A DNA stretch of 64,000 nt from Bacteroidales bacterium (lineage in GTDB: Bacteria > Bacteroidota > Bacteroidia > Bacteroidales > FEN-979). A program made the position numbers and the translations under genes. Of this stretch, positions 27,164-36,440 are shown one piece after another; the first letter of the stretch is position 1; each line of letters opens with the position of its first letter. The stretch lies in assembly GCA_049317265.1 (NCBI GenBank), contig JBMOIP010000017.1:10541-74540 (forward strand), written 5' to 3'. Below the pieces are notes generated by a model, which saw only the letters and a program-made list of their open reading frames with translations, did not search any database and was not told where the DNA came from.

Positions 27164-28090
27164 ATGACTACAACAACTGGAACAACAGGAAATGCTTATC
27201 TCACTAAGCTTTCCGACTTAAATGAACTGGCAAGGAAATCGAAGAAAAAAAGACTTGCAGTGGCAGTGGCGCATGACGAACATTGTCTTGAGGCAATTTG
27301 CGCAGTCGACAGAATGGGGATTGTAGAGGCCATACTCGTCGGGAATGAGAAGAAAATTCATGAAATTGCCGGCAAACTGAAACTTGACGTAAGCCAGATG
27401 AAGATCATCAATGAAGAAGTTGATGCGAATTCTGTTAAAATTGCCGTGAAAATGGTCCGTAACAAGGAAGCAGACATCCTGATGAAAGGGAATGTCCCCA
27501 CGGCTGTTTTTCTCCGTGGCGTTTTAGATAAGGAAAACGGGCTTCGCAAAGGCGAGGTGCTGTCGCATTTTGCCCTTTTTGAAGTTCCAACCTACCATAA
27601 ACTCCTTGGCCTTACCGATGCAGCGATGATTCCCGCTCCGGATTTCAAAACCAAGGTGGCTCTTACCGCCAATGCTGTTGAGTTCATGAATAAACTTGGC
27701 TATACAAAGCCTAAGGTTGCTGTTCTTGCCGCAGTGGAAATGGTGAACGAATCGATGCCGGCTACCCTCGACGGAGCCCTTCTGTCAAAAATGAGCCAGC
27801 GCGGACAAATTAAAAACTGTATCATCGACGGACCTCTTGCATATGATAACGCTGTTAGCGCAGCAAGTGCCAAACACAAGGGAATTGTAAGCGATGTAGC
27901 CGGAGATGCCGATTTGCTGATCGTTCCCGACATTGAAGCCGGTAATATTTTATACAAGGCTTTTGGTTTTTCTGCCAACGCAAAACTGGCAGCAGTGGTT
28001 CTTGGAGCTGCCGCACCTATTGTGCTCACATCCCGTTCCGATACGGAAGAGTCCAAACAGGCCAGCATAGTGATGGCCGCAGCGATTTAA
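27164..28090 (+). CDS. ptb: Phosphate butyryltransferase / phosphate acyltransferase
   Basis: 308 aa of the phosphate acetyl/butyryl transferase family (AVAHDEHCLEAI, ADILMKG, GEVLSHFALFE, LIVPDIEAGNILYK, LTSRSD). It lies in the same unit as buk. Confidence 0.8.
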   Translation: MTTTTGTTGNAYLTKLSDLNELARKSKKKRLAVAVAHDEHCLEAICAVDRMGIVEAILVGNEKKIHEIAGKLKLDVSQMKIINEEVDANSVKIAVKMVRNKEADILMKGNVPTAVFLRGVLDKENGLRKGEVLSHFALFEVPTYHKLLGLTDAAMIPAPDFKTKVALTANAVEFMNKLGYTKPKVAVLAAVEMVNESMPATLDGALLSKMSQRGQIKNCIIDGPLAYDNAVSAASAKHKGIVSDVAGDADLLIVPDIEAGNILYKAFGFSANAKLAAVVLGAAAPIVLTSRSDTEESKQASIVMAAAI

Positions 28091-28120
28091 ATTTCATACA
28101 GTACGGTCTAATACTGAACT

Positions 28121-29608
28121 ATGGCCAACAAGTTATTTGCGGTCAAGCCACTGCACATGTTGCTTGATGAAACGGAGGACAAAAACAGTCTGAAGAAAAC
28201 ACTCACGGCCATGCAACTCGTTGCACTGGGCGTGGGTGCGATCATCGGGGCAGGACTTTTTGTGCGGACAGCAGCTGCCGCTGCAAACAATGCGGGGCCA
28301 TCCGTTACTTTAGGGTTCATTATTGCCGGGATTGGCTGTGCTTTTGCCGGCTTGTGTTATGCCGAATTTGCCTCCATGATCCCGATCTCAGGGAGCGCAT
28401 ACACCTACTCATATGCAACCATGGGTGAATTCATGGCATGGGTGATCGGCTGGGATCTGATCCTCGAATACGCCCTGGGTGCCGCAACAGTCAGTATTGC
28501 ATGGAGTGAATACCTGAACAAGTTGTTAGGTTATGTCGGATTGAATATTCCATATTCCCTGTGTCACTCACCCTTGCAGGTATTAAGGGATTCCGGTGGC
28601 ACCGTTATCGCCCATGGAATTATCAATATCCCGGCCCTGATTATTGTTGCCCTTTTAACGATCCTGTTGATACGGGGGGTAAGGGAATCCTCGGTATTTA
28701 ACGCAATCATCGTAATTACCAAGGTCGCCATTGTCATCTTATTTATAGTGTTGGGTTGGCAATTCATCAGGCCGGAGAACCAGACTCCTTTCATTCCTGC
28801 TCCTGCCAAATATATCGACGACCAGGGGGTTATCCATAATTTCGGAGGGCTCCTTGGCATTCTTGGTGCAGCCGGCGTGGTCTTCTTCGCATTTATTGGT
28901 TTCGATGCGGTTTCAACAGCAGCACAGGAGACCAAAGATCCGAAAAGGGCCCTTCCTATTGGAATATTGGGTTCGCTGGCCATTTGTACCGTACTCTATA
29001 TCCTGTTTGCTTATGTACTGACAGGTGTTGCAGGGATTGAGGATTTCAGAAAAGCAGGGAAGGAGGCCTCTGTCACCTACACAATTCAAACCTACATGTA
29101 CGGCTATGGCTGGCTTGCAAAACTGGTTACCGTGGCAATCCTGGCCGGTTTCTCTTCGGTGATCCTGGTGATGCTGTATGGACAATCAAGGGTTTTCTAT
29201 TCCATGAGCAGGGACGGACTTGTCCCCCCTGCATTTTCAAAAATCCATCCGAAATTCAGAACTCCCTACAAGTCAAATCTGCTGTTTTTAGTTTTCGTTG
29301 GCCTCTTTGCGTCATTTGTTCCCGGCGATATTGTCGGGGATATGACCAGTATTGGTACGTTGTTCGCCTTTATCCTGGTGTGCATCGGGATTATCATCAT
29401 GCGGAAGACCAATCCAAACCTTCCCCGTCCTTTCAGAACACCGCTTGTTCCACTGGTGCCCATCCTGGGAATGCTGGTGTGTGGGGCCATGATATACGGA
29501 CTCGGCTGGCCGAACTGGATGCGGTTGTTTCTCTGGATGCTGATAGGAACAGTTTTCTACTTTACCTATAGCATCAGAAAGAGTAAATTAAGGAATAACA
29601 AGGCGTAG
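28121..29608 (+). CDS. APC-superfamily amino acid permease (cationic amino acid transporter-like)
   Basis: 495 aa with about 12-14 TM helices. The N-terminal LGVGAIIGAGLFV motif is typical of APC permeases. Confidence 0.85.
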   Translation: MANKLFAVKPLHMLLDETEDKNSLKKTLTAMQLVALGVGAIIGAGLFVRTAAAAANNAGPSVTLGFIIAGIGCAFAGLCYAEFASMIPISGSAYTYSYATMGEFMAWVIGWDLILEYALGAATVSIAWSEYLNKLLGYVGLNIPYSLCHSPLQVLRDSGGTVIAHGIINIPALIIVALLTILLIRGVRESSVFNAIIVITKVAIVILFIVLGWQFIRPENQTPFIPAPAKYIDDQGVIHNFGGLLGILGAAGVVFFAFIGFDAVSTAAQETKDPKRALPIGILGSLAICTVLYILFAYVLTGVAGIEDFRKAGKEASVTYTIQTYMYGYGWLAKLVTVAILAGFSSVILVMLYGQSRVFYSMSRDGLVPPAFSKIHPKFRTPYKSNLLFLVFVGLFASFVPGDIVGDMTSIGTLFAFILVCIGIIIMRKTNPNLPRPFRTPLVPLVPILGMLVCGAMIYGLGWPNWMRLFLWMLIGTVFYFTYSIRKSKLRNNKA

Positions 29609-29623
29609 CTAACACTGCAATAT

Positions 29624-30700
29624 ATGAAAGACATCAGGGTCCTCGCCATCAATCCGGGATCGACATCCACCAAGATTGCCGTTTACCAGAATTCGGAACC
29701 CATCTTCCTGAAGAATATCAAACATACCACTGAAGAGCTTGCCCCCTTCGCCAGAATAACCGATCAGTTCCAGTTTCGCAAGGAGATTATCTTGCAGCAA
29801 CTGCAGGAAGCTGATATTCATATTGAAGATTTACAGGCTGTTGTAGGGCGCGGAGGATTGCTGAAACCTATTCCTTCAGGTATTTATGAGGTGAATGAAG
29901 CAATGATCGCCGATCTGAAGAACAGTCCTTTTGGAGAACATGCCAGCAACCTGGGCGGATTGATTGCCGCAAATCTTGTTCAGTCGTTACCCGCTGCAAA
30001 AGCCTATATCGTGGATCCGATCGTGGTCGACGAGTTCGATGAAATTGCCAGGATCTCCGGGCATCCTCTAATGGCAAGAATTTCGATTTTTCATGCACTC
30101 AATCAGAAAGCAGTAGCTCGTGAATATGCCAAATCGATCCGCCGGAAATATGAAGATCTCAACCTTATTGTTGTGCACCTTGGCGGTGGTATTACCATCG
30201 GAGCCCATCAGAAGGGCCGTGTGATCGATGTAAACCAGGGACTTGACGGCGAGGGTCCCTTCAGCCCTGAACGTACGGGTACATTGCCCGTGGGGGAACT
30301 GGTGAGATTGTGTTTCAGCGGCAAATATTCACTGAAGGAGGTTCAGAAAATGGTGAAAGGGGAGGGTGGACTGGTTGCCTACCTCGGAACCAATAACGCC
30401 TATGATGTGGAGAAGATGGTTGACGCAGGTGATGAATACGCCGAACTCATTTACCATGCCATGGCCTACCAGGTGGCAAAGTATGTCGGGGAGATGTATA
30501 CCGTGCTGAAATGCGATGTGGATGCCATCCTGATTACCGGGGGTATCGCCTATGATAAGGGCTTTGTAAACTGGATACAGGAAAGGATCTACAAATTAGC
30601 GCCAACCCATGTTTACCCGGGCGAAGATGAGATGAAAGCCCTGGCCATCAATGGCTTGATGGTTGTTCGTGGAGAACTTGACGTTAAGAGTTATCTGTAG
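29624..30700 (+). CDS. buk: Butyrate kinase
   Basis: 358 aa with N-terminal ILAINPGSTSTKIAVY (ASKHA phosphate-1 motif), VVHLGGGITIGAH and ILITGGIAY. Confidence 0.9.
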   Translation: MKDIRVLAINPGSTSTKIAVYQNSEPIFLKNIKHTTEELAPFARITDQFQFRKEIILQQLQEADIHIEDLQAVVGRGGLLKPIPSGIYEVNEAMIADLKNSPFGEHASNLGGLIAANLVQSLPAAKAYIVDPIVVDEFDEIARISGHPLMARISIFHALNQKAVAREYAKSIRRKYEDLNLIVVHLGGGITIGAHQKGRVIDVNQGLDGEGPFSPERTGTLPVGELVRLCFSGKYSLKEVQKMVKGEGGLVAYLGTNNAYDVEKMVDAGDEYAELIYHAMAYQVAKYVGEMYTVLKCDVDAILITGGIAYDKGFVNWIQERIYKLAPTHVYPGEDEMKALAINGLMVVRGELDVKSYL

Positions 30701-31337
30701 CCATCATCGCCCGCACCAGGTTTTCCGCCCCTTCAGCAACTTGTGAAATGGTTGCATCCAGCATATAACATGGTGTGGTGAAAATTTTCCGCTCTCTATC
30801 GGCTATTACCTCTCCATGAATGGTCGTGGCATATTTATTCCCCGTTTTTTCAATGAATTGTGCCGAGGCAGGATCATTGCCGGTGGTTAGCGTTGTGCCC
30901 TGGAACATTCTTGCAAGAATGACCGGGGCAATGCACATTGCGCCGACAGGCTTCGCCGCTTCAGCCATGGTTTGAATGGCTGTTGCCACCTCCGGGTTGA
31001 CCCGGCAGTTATCTCCATTGATGGCCCAGTCGCACAGGTTCTTTGCAGCACCGAAACCACCGGGGAAGATCAGTGCATCAAATTCGGCAGCCCTGAATTT
31101 CGACAGTGGTTTGATGTTTCCTCTCGCGATCCTTGCCGACTCGACGAGCACATTACGCTGTTCAGATGCCACTTCCCCTGTAAGGTGATTGACGACATGG
31201 TATTGCAGAACATCGGGTGCAAAGCACTGATATTCTGCTCCATTCTTGTCAATAGCCAGCATGGCCAGCACCGCCTCCTGGACCTCAGCGCCATCATAAA
31301 CGCCGCAACCTGATAATACAACTGCAAATTTTTTCAT
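30684..31337 (-). CDS. elbB: ElbB-like DJ-1/PfpI superfamily protein
   Basis: The start is at the ATG at 31337 (MKKFAVVLSGCGVYDGAEVQEAVL), supported by a TAATTTTG box inside the longer ORF. Motifs DALIFPGGFGAAKNL and AMCIAP are present. The 3' end overlaps the convergent buk gene by 17 nt. Confidence 0.75.
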   Translation of the reverse strand: MKKFAVVLSGCGVYDGAEVQEAVLAMLAIDKNGAEYQCFAPDVLQYHVVNHLTGEVASEQRNVLVESARIARGNIKPLSKFRAAEFDALIFPGGFGAAKNLCDWAINGDNCRVNPEVATAIQTMAEAAKPVGAMCIAPVILARMFQGTTLTTGNDPASAQFIEKTGNKYATTIHGEVIADRERKIFTTPCYMLDATISQVAEGAENLVRAMMATDNS

Positions 31338-31364
31338 ACGTAAGTTTGAACTTTTTAACTTTTT

Positions 31365-31372
31365 CAAAATTA
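31365..31372 (-). promoter_or_regulatory. -7 promoter box (TAATTTTG on minus strand) for elbB
   Basis: CAAAATTA on the plus strand is an exact TAnnTTTG match on the minus strand, 27 nt upstream of the ATG at 31337. Confidence 0.5.
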
Positions 31373-31466
31373 GGAAATATGGAGAGAACATTCACCTTTC
31401 CCTTGCTATTTCTTGCAAAAGGCTGTCAATGGCTGGAAGGTGTTTGATATGGGTGGAATTATTATT

Positions 31467-31474
31467 TAACTTTG
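31467..31474 (+). promoter_or_regulatory. -7 promoter box (TAACTTTG) for the wbpE-like operon
   Basis: Exact TAnnTTTG match 36 nt upstream of the ATG at 31511. Confidence 0.5.
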
Positions 31475-31510
31475 CGCAAAATTGAACATTCACCGAAAAA
31501 TCTGATCCCG

Positions 31511-32641
31511 ATGAAGAAACTCCAGATGGTTGACTTGCGCAGTCAGTACCTTAACATCAAAGCTGAAATTGACAAAGGAATCCAGGAGGTAATTGATTCC
31601 TGTGCATTTATCAATGGCCCTGCCGTTCAATCATTCCAGAAGAGCCTTGAGCAGTACCTTGGCGTAAAACATGTTATTCCATGCGCCAATGGAACCGATG
31701 CGCTGCAGGTGGCCATGATGGCGCTGAACCTGAAGCCGGGCGACGAAGTAATTACCACTTCCTTCACCTTTATTGCTACTGCTGAAGTAATTGCTTTACT
31801 CCAGCTCACTCCGGTACTGGTGGATGTAGACCCCGGGACCTTCAACATCGACCCGGAAGCGATCAGGCGTGCCATTACGCCTAAAACGAAGGCCATTGTG
31901 CCCGTTCACCTTTTCGGGCAGACAGCCCCGATGGAAGAGATCATGGAAATCGCGGCAAAGCATAACCTGATTGTGATCGAAGACAATTGCCAGGCCATCG
32001 GTTCGGATTATATCTTCAGTGATGGATCCCGGAAAAAGGCAGGCACCATCGGGCATATCGGGTGTACCTCATTTTTCCCCTCGAAAAATCTTGGATGCTA
32101 CGGTGATGGCGGTGCAATCTTCACCAATGATGATGAGCTGGCAAAGCAGATGCGTGTAGTTGTTAACCATGGGATGACAGTGCGTTACTATCACGATTAT
32201 GTAGGAGTGAACTCACGCCTCGACAGCATCCAGGCGGCAGTTCTCAACGTGAAACTTGCCCATCTGGATGAGTATGCTGCCAAACGGCGTGCAGCAGCTG
32301 ATTTTTATGACAAAGCCTTCGCAAACCACCCATCTCTGATCACTCCCGAACGATATGCCAAGTCGACCCATGTGTTTCACCAGTATACCCTGGTAACGAA
32401 AAATGTCGACCGGAAAGCCCTTATCGAATACCTTACCGCCAGGGAAATCCCTGCCATGATCTACTACCCTGTTCCGTTGCACATGCAAAAAGCATATCTC
32501 GATCCCCGATACAAACCGGGAGATTTCCCGGTTACAGAACACCTTTCCGAAACTGTCTTCTCCCTTCCGATGCATACGGAACTTGATGAGGAACAGTTGA
32601 GCTACATCACCCGGAGTGTACTCGATTTTTTAAACCGTTAA
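31511..32641 (+). CDS. wbpE: DegT/DnrJ/EryC1/StrS-family sugar aminotransferase (WbpE/WlbC-like)
   Basis: The start is at the ATG at 31511 (MKKLQMVDLRSQY). Motifs NGTDAL and SFFPSKNLG (PLP lysine) are present. It is clustered with WbpD- and WbpB-like genes. Confidence 0.8.
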   Translation: MKKLQMVDLRSQYLNIKAEIDKGIQEVIDSCAFINGPAVQSFQKSLEQYLGVKHVIPCANGTDALQVAMMALNLKPGDEVITTSFTFIATAEVIALLQLTPVLVDVDPGTFNIDPEAIRRAITPKTKAIVPVHLFGQTAPMEEIMEIAAKHNLIVIEDNCQAIGSDYIFSDGSRKKAGTIGHIGCTSFFPSKNLGCYGDGGAIFTNDDELAKQMRVVVNHGMTVRYYHDYVGVNSRLDSIQAAVLNVKLAHLDEYAAKRRAAADFYDKAFANHPSLITPERYAKSTHVFHQYTLVTKNVDRKALIEYLTAREIPAMIYYPVPLHMQKAYLDPRYKPGDFPVTEHLSETVFSLPMHTELDEEQLSYITRSVLDFLNR

Positions 32642-32643
32642 TC

Positions 32644-33222
32644 ATGGAAACCGAATATTTTTGTCATGAATCGGCCATCATCGACGAAGGATGCAAGATT
32701 GGCAAAGGAACAAAAATCTGGCACTTCTCTCATATCATGAAGGGATGTGTTATCGGGGAAAACTGTAACCTCGGTCAAAATGTGGTCATCTCTCCCGATG
32801 TTATCCTGGGCCGGAATGTGAAAGTGCAGAACAATGTCTCCATTTATACAGGGGTTATTTGTGAGGATGATGTTTTTCTTGGTCCATCCATGGTGTTTAC
32901 CAATGTGATCAACCCACGCAGCCATATCCTCAGAAAGGATCAGTATAAGGCAACCCTGGTCAGGCGAGGAGCCTCCATTGGGGCGAATGCAACCATCGTG
33001 TGCGGCAATGAAATCGGCGAATTTGCCTTTATCGGGGCGGGATCGGTGGTGACCAGGGAGGTGCCTGCCTTTGCACTGGTTGTAGGAAATCCCGGCCGTC
33101 ATGTTGGCTGGATGAGTGAATACGGACACCGGCTCCATTTCGACGACAAGGGGATTGCCACCTGTCCTGAAAGCAACGAGGAATACCAGCTTACCACGGA
33201 AGGTAAAGTTGTTAAACGCTAA
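32644..33222 (+). CDS. wbpD: Left-handed beta-helix N-acetyltransferase (WbpD/WlbB-like)
   Basis: 192 aa with hexapeptide repeats. The string IWHFSHIMKGCVIGENCNLGQNVVISPDVILGRNVKVQNNVSIYTGVICEDDVFLGPSMVFTNVINPRS closely matches my recollection of WlbB/WbpD. Confidence 0.8.
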   Translation: METEYFCHESAIIDEGCKIGKGTKIWHFSHIMKGCVIGENCNLGQNVVISPDVILGRNVKVQNNVSIYTGVICEDDVFLGPSMVFTNVINPRSHILRKDQYKATLVRRGASIGANATIVCGNEIGEFAFIGAGSVVTREVPAFALVVGNPGRHVGWMSEYGHRLHFDDKGIATCPESNEEYQLTTEGKVVKR

Positions 33223-33231
33223 GAATATCAA

Positions 33232-34215
33232 ATGAGTAAATTGAATAAACCGCTGAACTTTGCGCTGATTGGCGCAGCCGGCTACATTGCTCCCCGTCAT
33301 ATGAAAGCGATCAGGGACACGGGAAACCAACTCGTTTGCGCCCTCGATCCCTATGATGGAGTTGGTGTAATTGACAGTTATTTCCCGAATGCTGATTTTT
33401 TTATTGAACCTGAACGGTTCGATCGCCATCTTGATAAATTGCGAAGGCTGGCACTTTCAAAAAAACAGATCCATGATAAAAAAGTCGATTATGTCAGCAT
33501 CTGTTCACCCAACTACATGCACGATTCACATATCCGCCTGGCGCTGCGCAACGATGCTCATGCCATTTGCGAAAAACCCATCGTGCTCAATCCATGGAAC
33601 CTTGAGGCCCTCACTAAAATTGAAAATGAGACAGAGAAAAGGGTCTATACCATTCTGCAGCTAAGGCTGCACCCATCGATCAAGGCCCTGTATGAACAAG
33701 TCAGAAGCGGTCCAAAGAATAAAATTTACGACCTCGACCTCACCTACATCACCTCCCGCGGAAGCTGGTACTACCGCTCATGGAAGGGTGATGTGTCAAA
33801 ATCCGGCGGGATTGCAACCAATATCGGGGTGCATTTTTTTGACATGCTCACCTGGGTATTTGGGAAATCGAAGGAGAATATTGTCCACCTGCTGAAGGAC
33901 AGCAAGGCGGGCGGGTTACTCAGGCTCGAACATGCGAATGTCCGGTGGTTTTTAAGCATTGATTATAACGATATCCCTGAAGATGTCCGGAATACGGGTA
34001 AAAGGACTTACCGCTCCCTGAGGATGGGCGAACAGGAGATAGAGTTCAGCGACGGTTTTACCGATCTCCATACCGAATCGTATCGTGAAATCATTGCAGG
34101 ACGCGGATTCGGGTTGGCAGATGCAAAGCAGAGTGTCAACATCGTCTATGGTATCCGCAATGCCGAACCAATCGGACTGACAGGCGATTACCACCCGATA
34201 TTAAAGTCCGTCTAA
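33232..34215 (+). CDS. wbpB: Gfo/Idh/MocA-family oxidoreductase (WbpB/WlbA-like)
   Basis: 327 aa with N-terminal FALIGAAGYIAPRHMKAIRDTGN..ALDPYDGVGVIDSYFPNADFF.EPERFDRH, as in WbpB-type UDP-GlcNAcA 3-dehydrogenases. Confidence 0.75.
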   Translation: MSKLNKPLNFALIGAAGYIAPRHMKAIRDTGNQLVCALDPYDGVGVIDSYFPNADFFIEPERFDRHLDKLRRLALSKKQIHDKKVDYVSICSPNYMHDSHIRLALRNDAHAICEKPIVLNPWNLEALTKIENETEKRVYTILQLRLHPSIKALYEQVRSGPKNKIYDLDLTYITSRGSWYYRSWKGDVSKSGGIATNIGVHFFDMLTWVFGKSKENIVHLLKDSKAGGLLRLEHANVRWFLSIDYNDIPEDVRNTGKRTYRSLRMGEQEIEFSDGFTDLHTESYREIIAGRGFGLADAKQSVNIVYGIRNAEPIGLTGDYHPILKSV

Positions 34216-34289
34216 AAATTAATTGCGCATTCTCGGATATTCATTAACTTGCTCTGCTTTTCAGTCTTTCATACTCAAAATGCTTTTTT

Positions 34290-35309
34290 ATGAAAATTTT
34301 AGTTACCGGCGGAACAGGTTATATAGGGTCGCATACTGTTGTTGAGCTCCAGGCGAAGGGATTCGAGGTTATTATTGTCGACAACCTCTCCAATTCAACC
34401 ATTGATGTTCTAGACAACATTGCCAGGATCTCCGGGAAAAAGCCGCTTTTTGAAAAGTTTGACCTGACCGATGCTGAAAAGACCACCGCGTTTTTTAAAC
34501 TTCACAATGATATCAGTGCGGTCATTCACTTTGCTGCCTTCAAGGCTGTAGGTGAATCAGTTGAATTGCCGTTAATTTACTACAGGAACAACCTGCAATC
34601 GCTGGTTAACATCCTGCAGGGCATGATCGACAATAACATACGTGATATCGTGTTCTCTTCCTCGTGTACGGTATATGGGCAGCCCGATGTGCTCCCGGCC
34701 AGGGAGGATACACCCGTGCAAAAGGCCGCTTCGCCTTATGGGAACACCAAGCAGATTTGTGAGGAGATCATTACCGATACAAGTGTCAGCAGCGAAATCA
34801 GGGGGATCTTGCTGAGGTATTTCAACCCGATCGGGGCGCATGAAACCGCTTTTATTGGCGAACTTCCCCTGGGGGTGCCCAATTGCCTGATGCCTTACAT
34901 CACGCAGACTGCCATAGGCAAACGACCTTTCCTGCGGGTATGGGGAGATGATTATGACACTCCCGACGGAACCGCAATTCGTGACTATATCCATGTAGTC
35001 GACCTTGCCAAAGCACATGTCATTGCCGTTGAACGTTTAACCAGTGGCAAATGCAAAAAGAAGGTGGAAGTGTTTAACCTTGGCACCGGCAATGGATTTT
35101 CGGTTATGGAGGTAATCAACTCCTTTGAAAGGACTACCGGCGTGAAACTCAATTACGAAATTAAAGAACGACGGGCCGGAGATATCGTCAAGGTATGGGC
35201 TGATACAGATTTCGCCAATGTAGAACTGGGGTGGAAAGCAGAAAAGAACCTCGACGAGATGACCCTTTCGGCATGGAAATGGGAGCAGGCACTGGCGAAA
35301 AAAAAATAG
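34290..35309 (+). CDS. galE: UDP-glucose 4-epimerase
   Basis: 339 aa with Rossmann motif ILVTGGTGYIGSH and catalytic SPYGNTK (YxxxK). Confidence 0.9.
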   Translation: MKILVTGGTGYIGSHTVVELQAKGFEVIIVDNLSNSTIDVLDNIARISGKKPLFEKFDLTDAEKTTAFFKLHNDISAVIHFAAFKAVGESVELPLIYYRNNLQSLVNILQGMIDNNIRDIVFSSSCTVYGQPDVLPAREDTPVQKAASPYGNTKQICEEIITDTSVSSEIRGILLRYFNPIGAHETAFIGELPLGVPNCLMPYITQTAIGKRPFLRVWGDDYDTPDGTAIRDYIHVVDLAKAHVIAVERLTSGKCKKKVEVFNLGTGNGFSVMEVINSFERTTGVKLNYEIKERRAGDIVKVWADTDFANVELGWKAEKNLDEMTLSAWKWEQALAKKK

Positions 35310-35355
35310 CGTTAACGCAAAGGCGAATTTAAGAACAGTTAACAAGAAAAAACAT

Positions 35356-36405
35356 ATGAAAACAATCTTAATCACCGGGGGCGCCGGATTTATCGGATCC
35401 CATGTTGTTCGCAGGTTTGTGAAAAAATATCCCGATTATAAAATCGTGAACCTCGACAATCTTACTTATGCCGGAAACCTCGCTAACCTGCGGGACATTG
35501 AAAACGAGCCGAATTATGAATTTGTAAAGGCCGATATTACCGCAGGGGAACTGATGAAGGTGTTGTTTAATAAGTACCGTTTTGATGGGGTCATCCACCT
35601 TGCGGCTGAATCACATGTTGACCGCTCCATCTCCAGCCCGATGGAGTTTATCTATGCCAATATCCTTGGGACAGTAAACCTTCTGAATGCAGCCCGAATA
35701 ATATGGGAAGATGCCAAAGACAAGAGGTTTTATCACATCTCAACCGATGAGGTTTACGGATCGCTTGGAGCAACAGGGTTCTTCTATGAAGATACCGCCT
35801 ACGACCCGCGCAGCCCCTATTCTGCATCCAAGGCAAGTTCCGACCACCTGGTGAGGGCTTATAACCACACATATGGCCTCCCTACCATAATTTCAAACTG
35901 TTCCAACAACTATGGTCCGTTTCAGTTCCCCGAAAAACTGATCCCTCTCGCCATTCATAATATTAAAAACAATAAGCTTGTTCCTGTTTATGGCAAAGGG
36001 GAGAATATTCGTGACTGGCTCTTTGTTGAAGACCATGCAAGCGCCATCGACCTGATTTTTCATGAGGGCAAAATAGCGGAAACCTATAATATTGGCGGGC
36101 ACAATGAATGGAAAAACATTGACCTGATCAACCTGTTGTGCGAAATCATGGACAGGAAGCTCAAACGTTCGGCAGGCACTTCAGCAAACCTCATTACCTA
36201 CGTAAAAGACCGTGCCGGTCACGATTTACGCTATGCCATCGATTCCGGGAAAATCCAAAAGGAACTCGGATGGAAGCCAAGTCTTCAATTCGAAGAAGGA
36301 CTGGAAAAAACGGTCGAATGGTACCTTTCCAATGAGGAATGGATGAAAAATGTAACAACCGGCGATTACCAGAAATATTACGAAAAACAATACGTCAAAC
36401 GGTAA
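35356..36405 (+). CDS. rfbB: dTDP-glucose 4,6-dehydratase
   Basis: 349 aa with ILITGGAGFIGSH, HLAAESHVDRS and YSASKASSD (YxxxK). Confidence 0.9.
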   Translation: MKTILITGGAGFIGSHVVRRFVKKYPDYKIVNLDNLTYAGNLANLRDIENEPNYEFVKADITAGELMKVLFNKYRFDGVIHLAAESHVDRSISSPMEFIYANILGTVNLLNAARIIWEDAKDKRFYHISTDEVYGSLGATGFFYEDTAYDPRSPYSASKASSDHLVRAYNHTYGLPTIISNCSNNYGPFQFPEKLIPLAIHNIKNNKLVPVYGKGENIRDWLFVEDHASAIDLIFHEGKIAETYNIGGHNEWKNIDLINLLCEIMDRKLKRSAGTSANLITYVKDRAGHDLRYAIDSGKIQKELGWKPSLQFEEGLEKTVEWYLSNEEWMKNVTTGDYQKYYEKQYVKR

Positions 36406-36412
36406 CCATCTC

Positions 36413-36440
36413 GTAGAGACGGCCCATGGGCCGTCTCTAC
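36413..36440. terminator. Perfect 13-bp palindromic hairpin (GTAGAGACGGCCC-AT-GGGCCGTCTCTAC) between convergent rfbB and fabD; no U-tract
   Basis: The arms at 36413-36425 and 36428-36440 are exact reverse complements. The hairpin overlaps the fabD stop codon. There is no T-run on either strand, so terminator function is uncertain. Confidence 0.4.

Noticed and set aside
32638-33429. 263-aa ORF on the minus strand
   Set aside because: It lies entirely antisense to the well-supported WbpD-like and WbpB-like genes. Its translation has no recognisable motifs, so it is a shadow ORF.
35310-35319. Palindrome GCGTTAACGC right after the galE stop as a terminator
   Set aside because: It is a 10-bp palindrome with no loop and no U-tract. 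It is too short to call a terminator and may be just an HpaI-like site.
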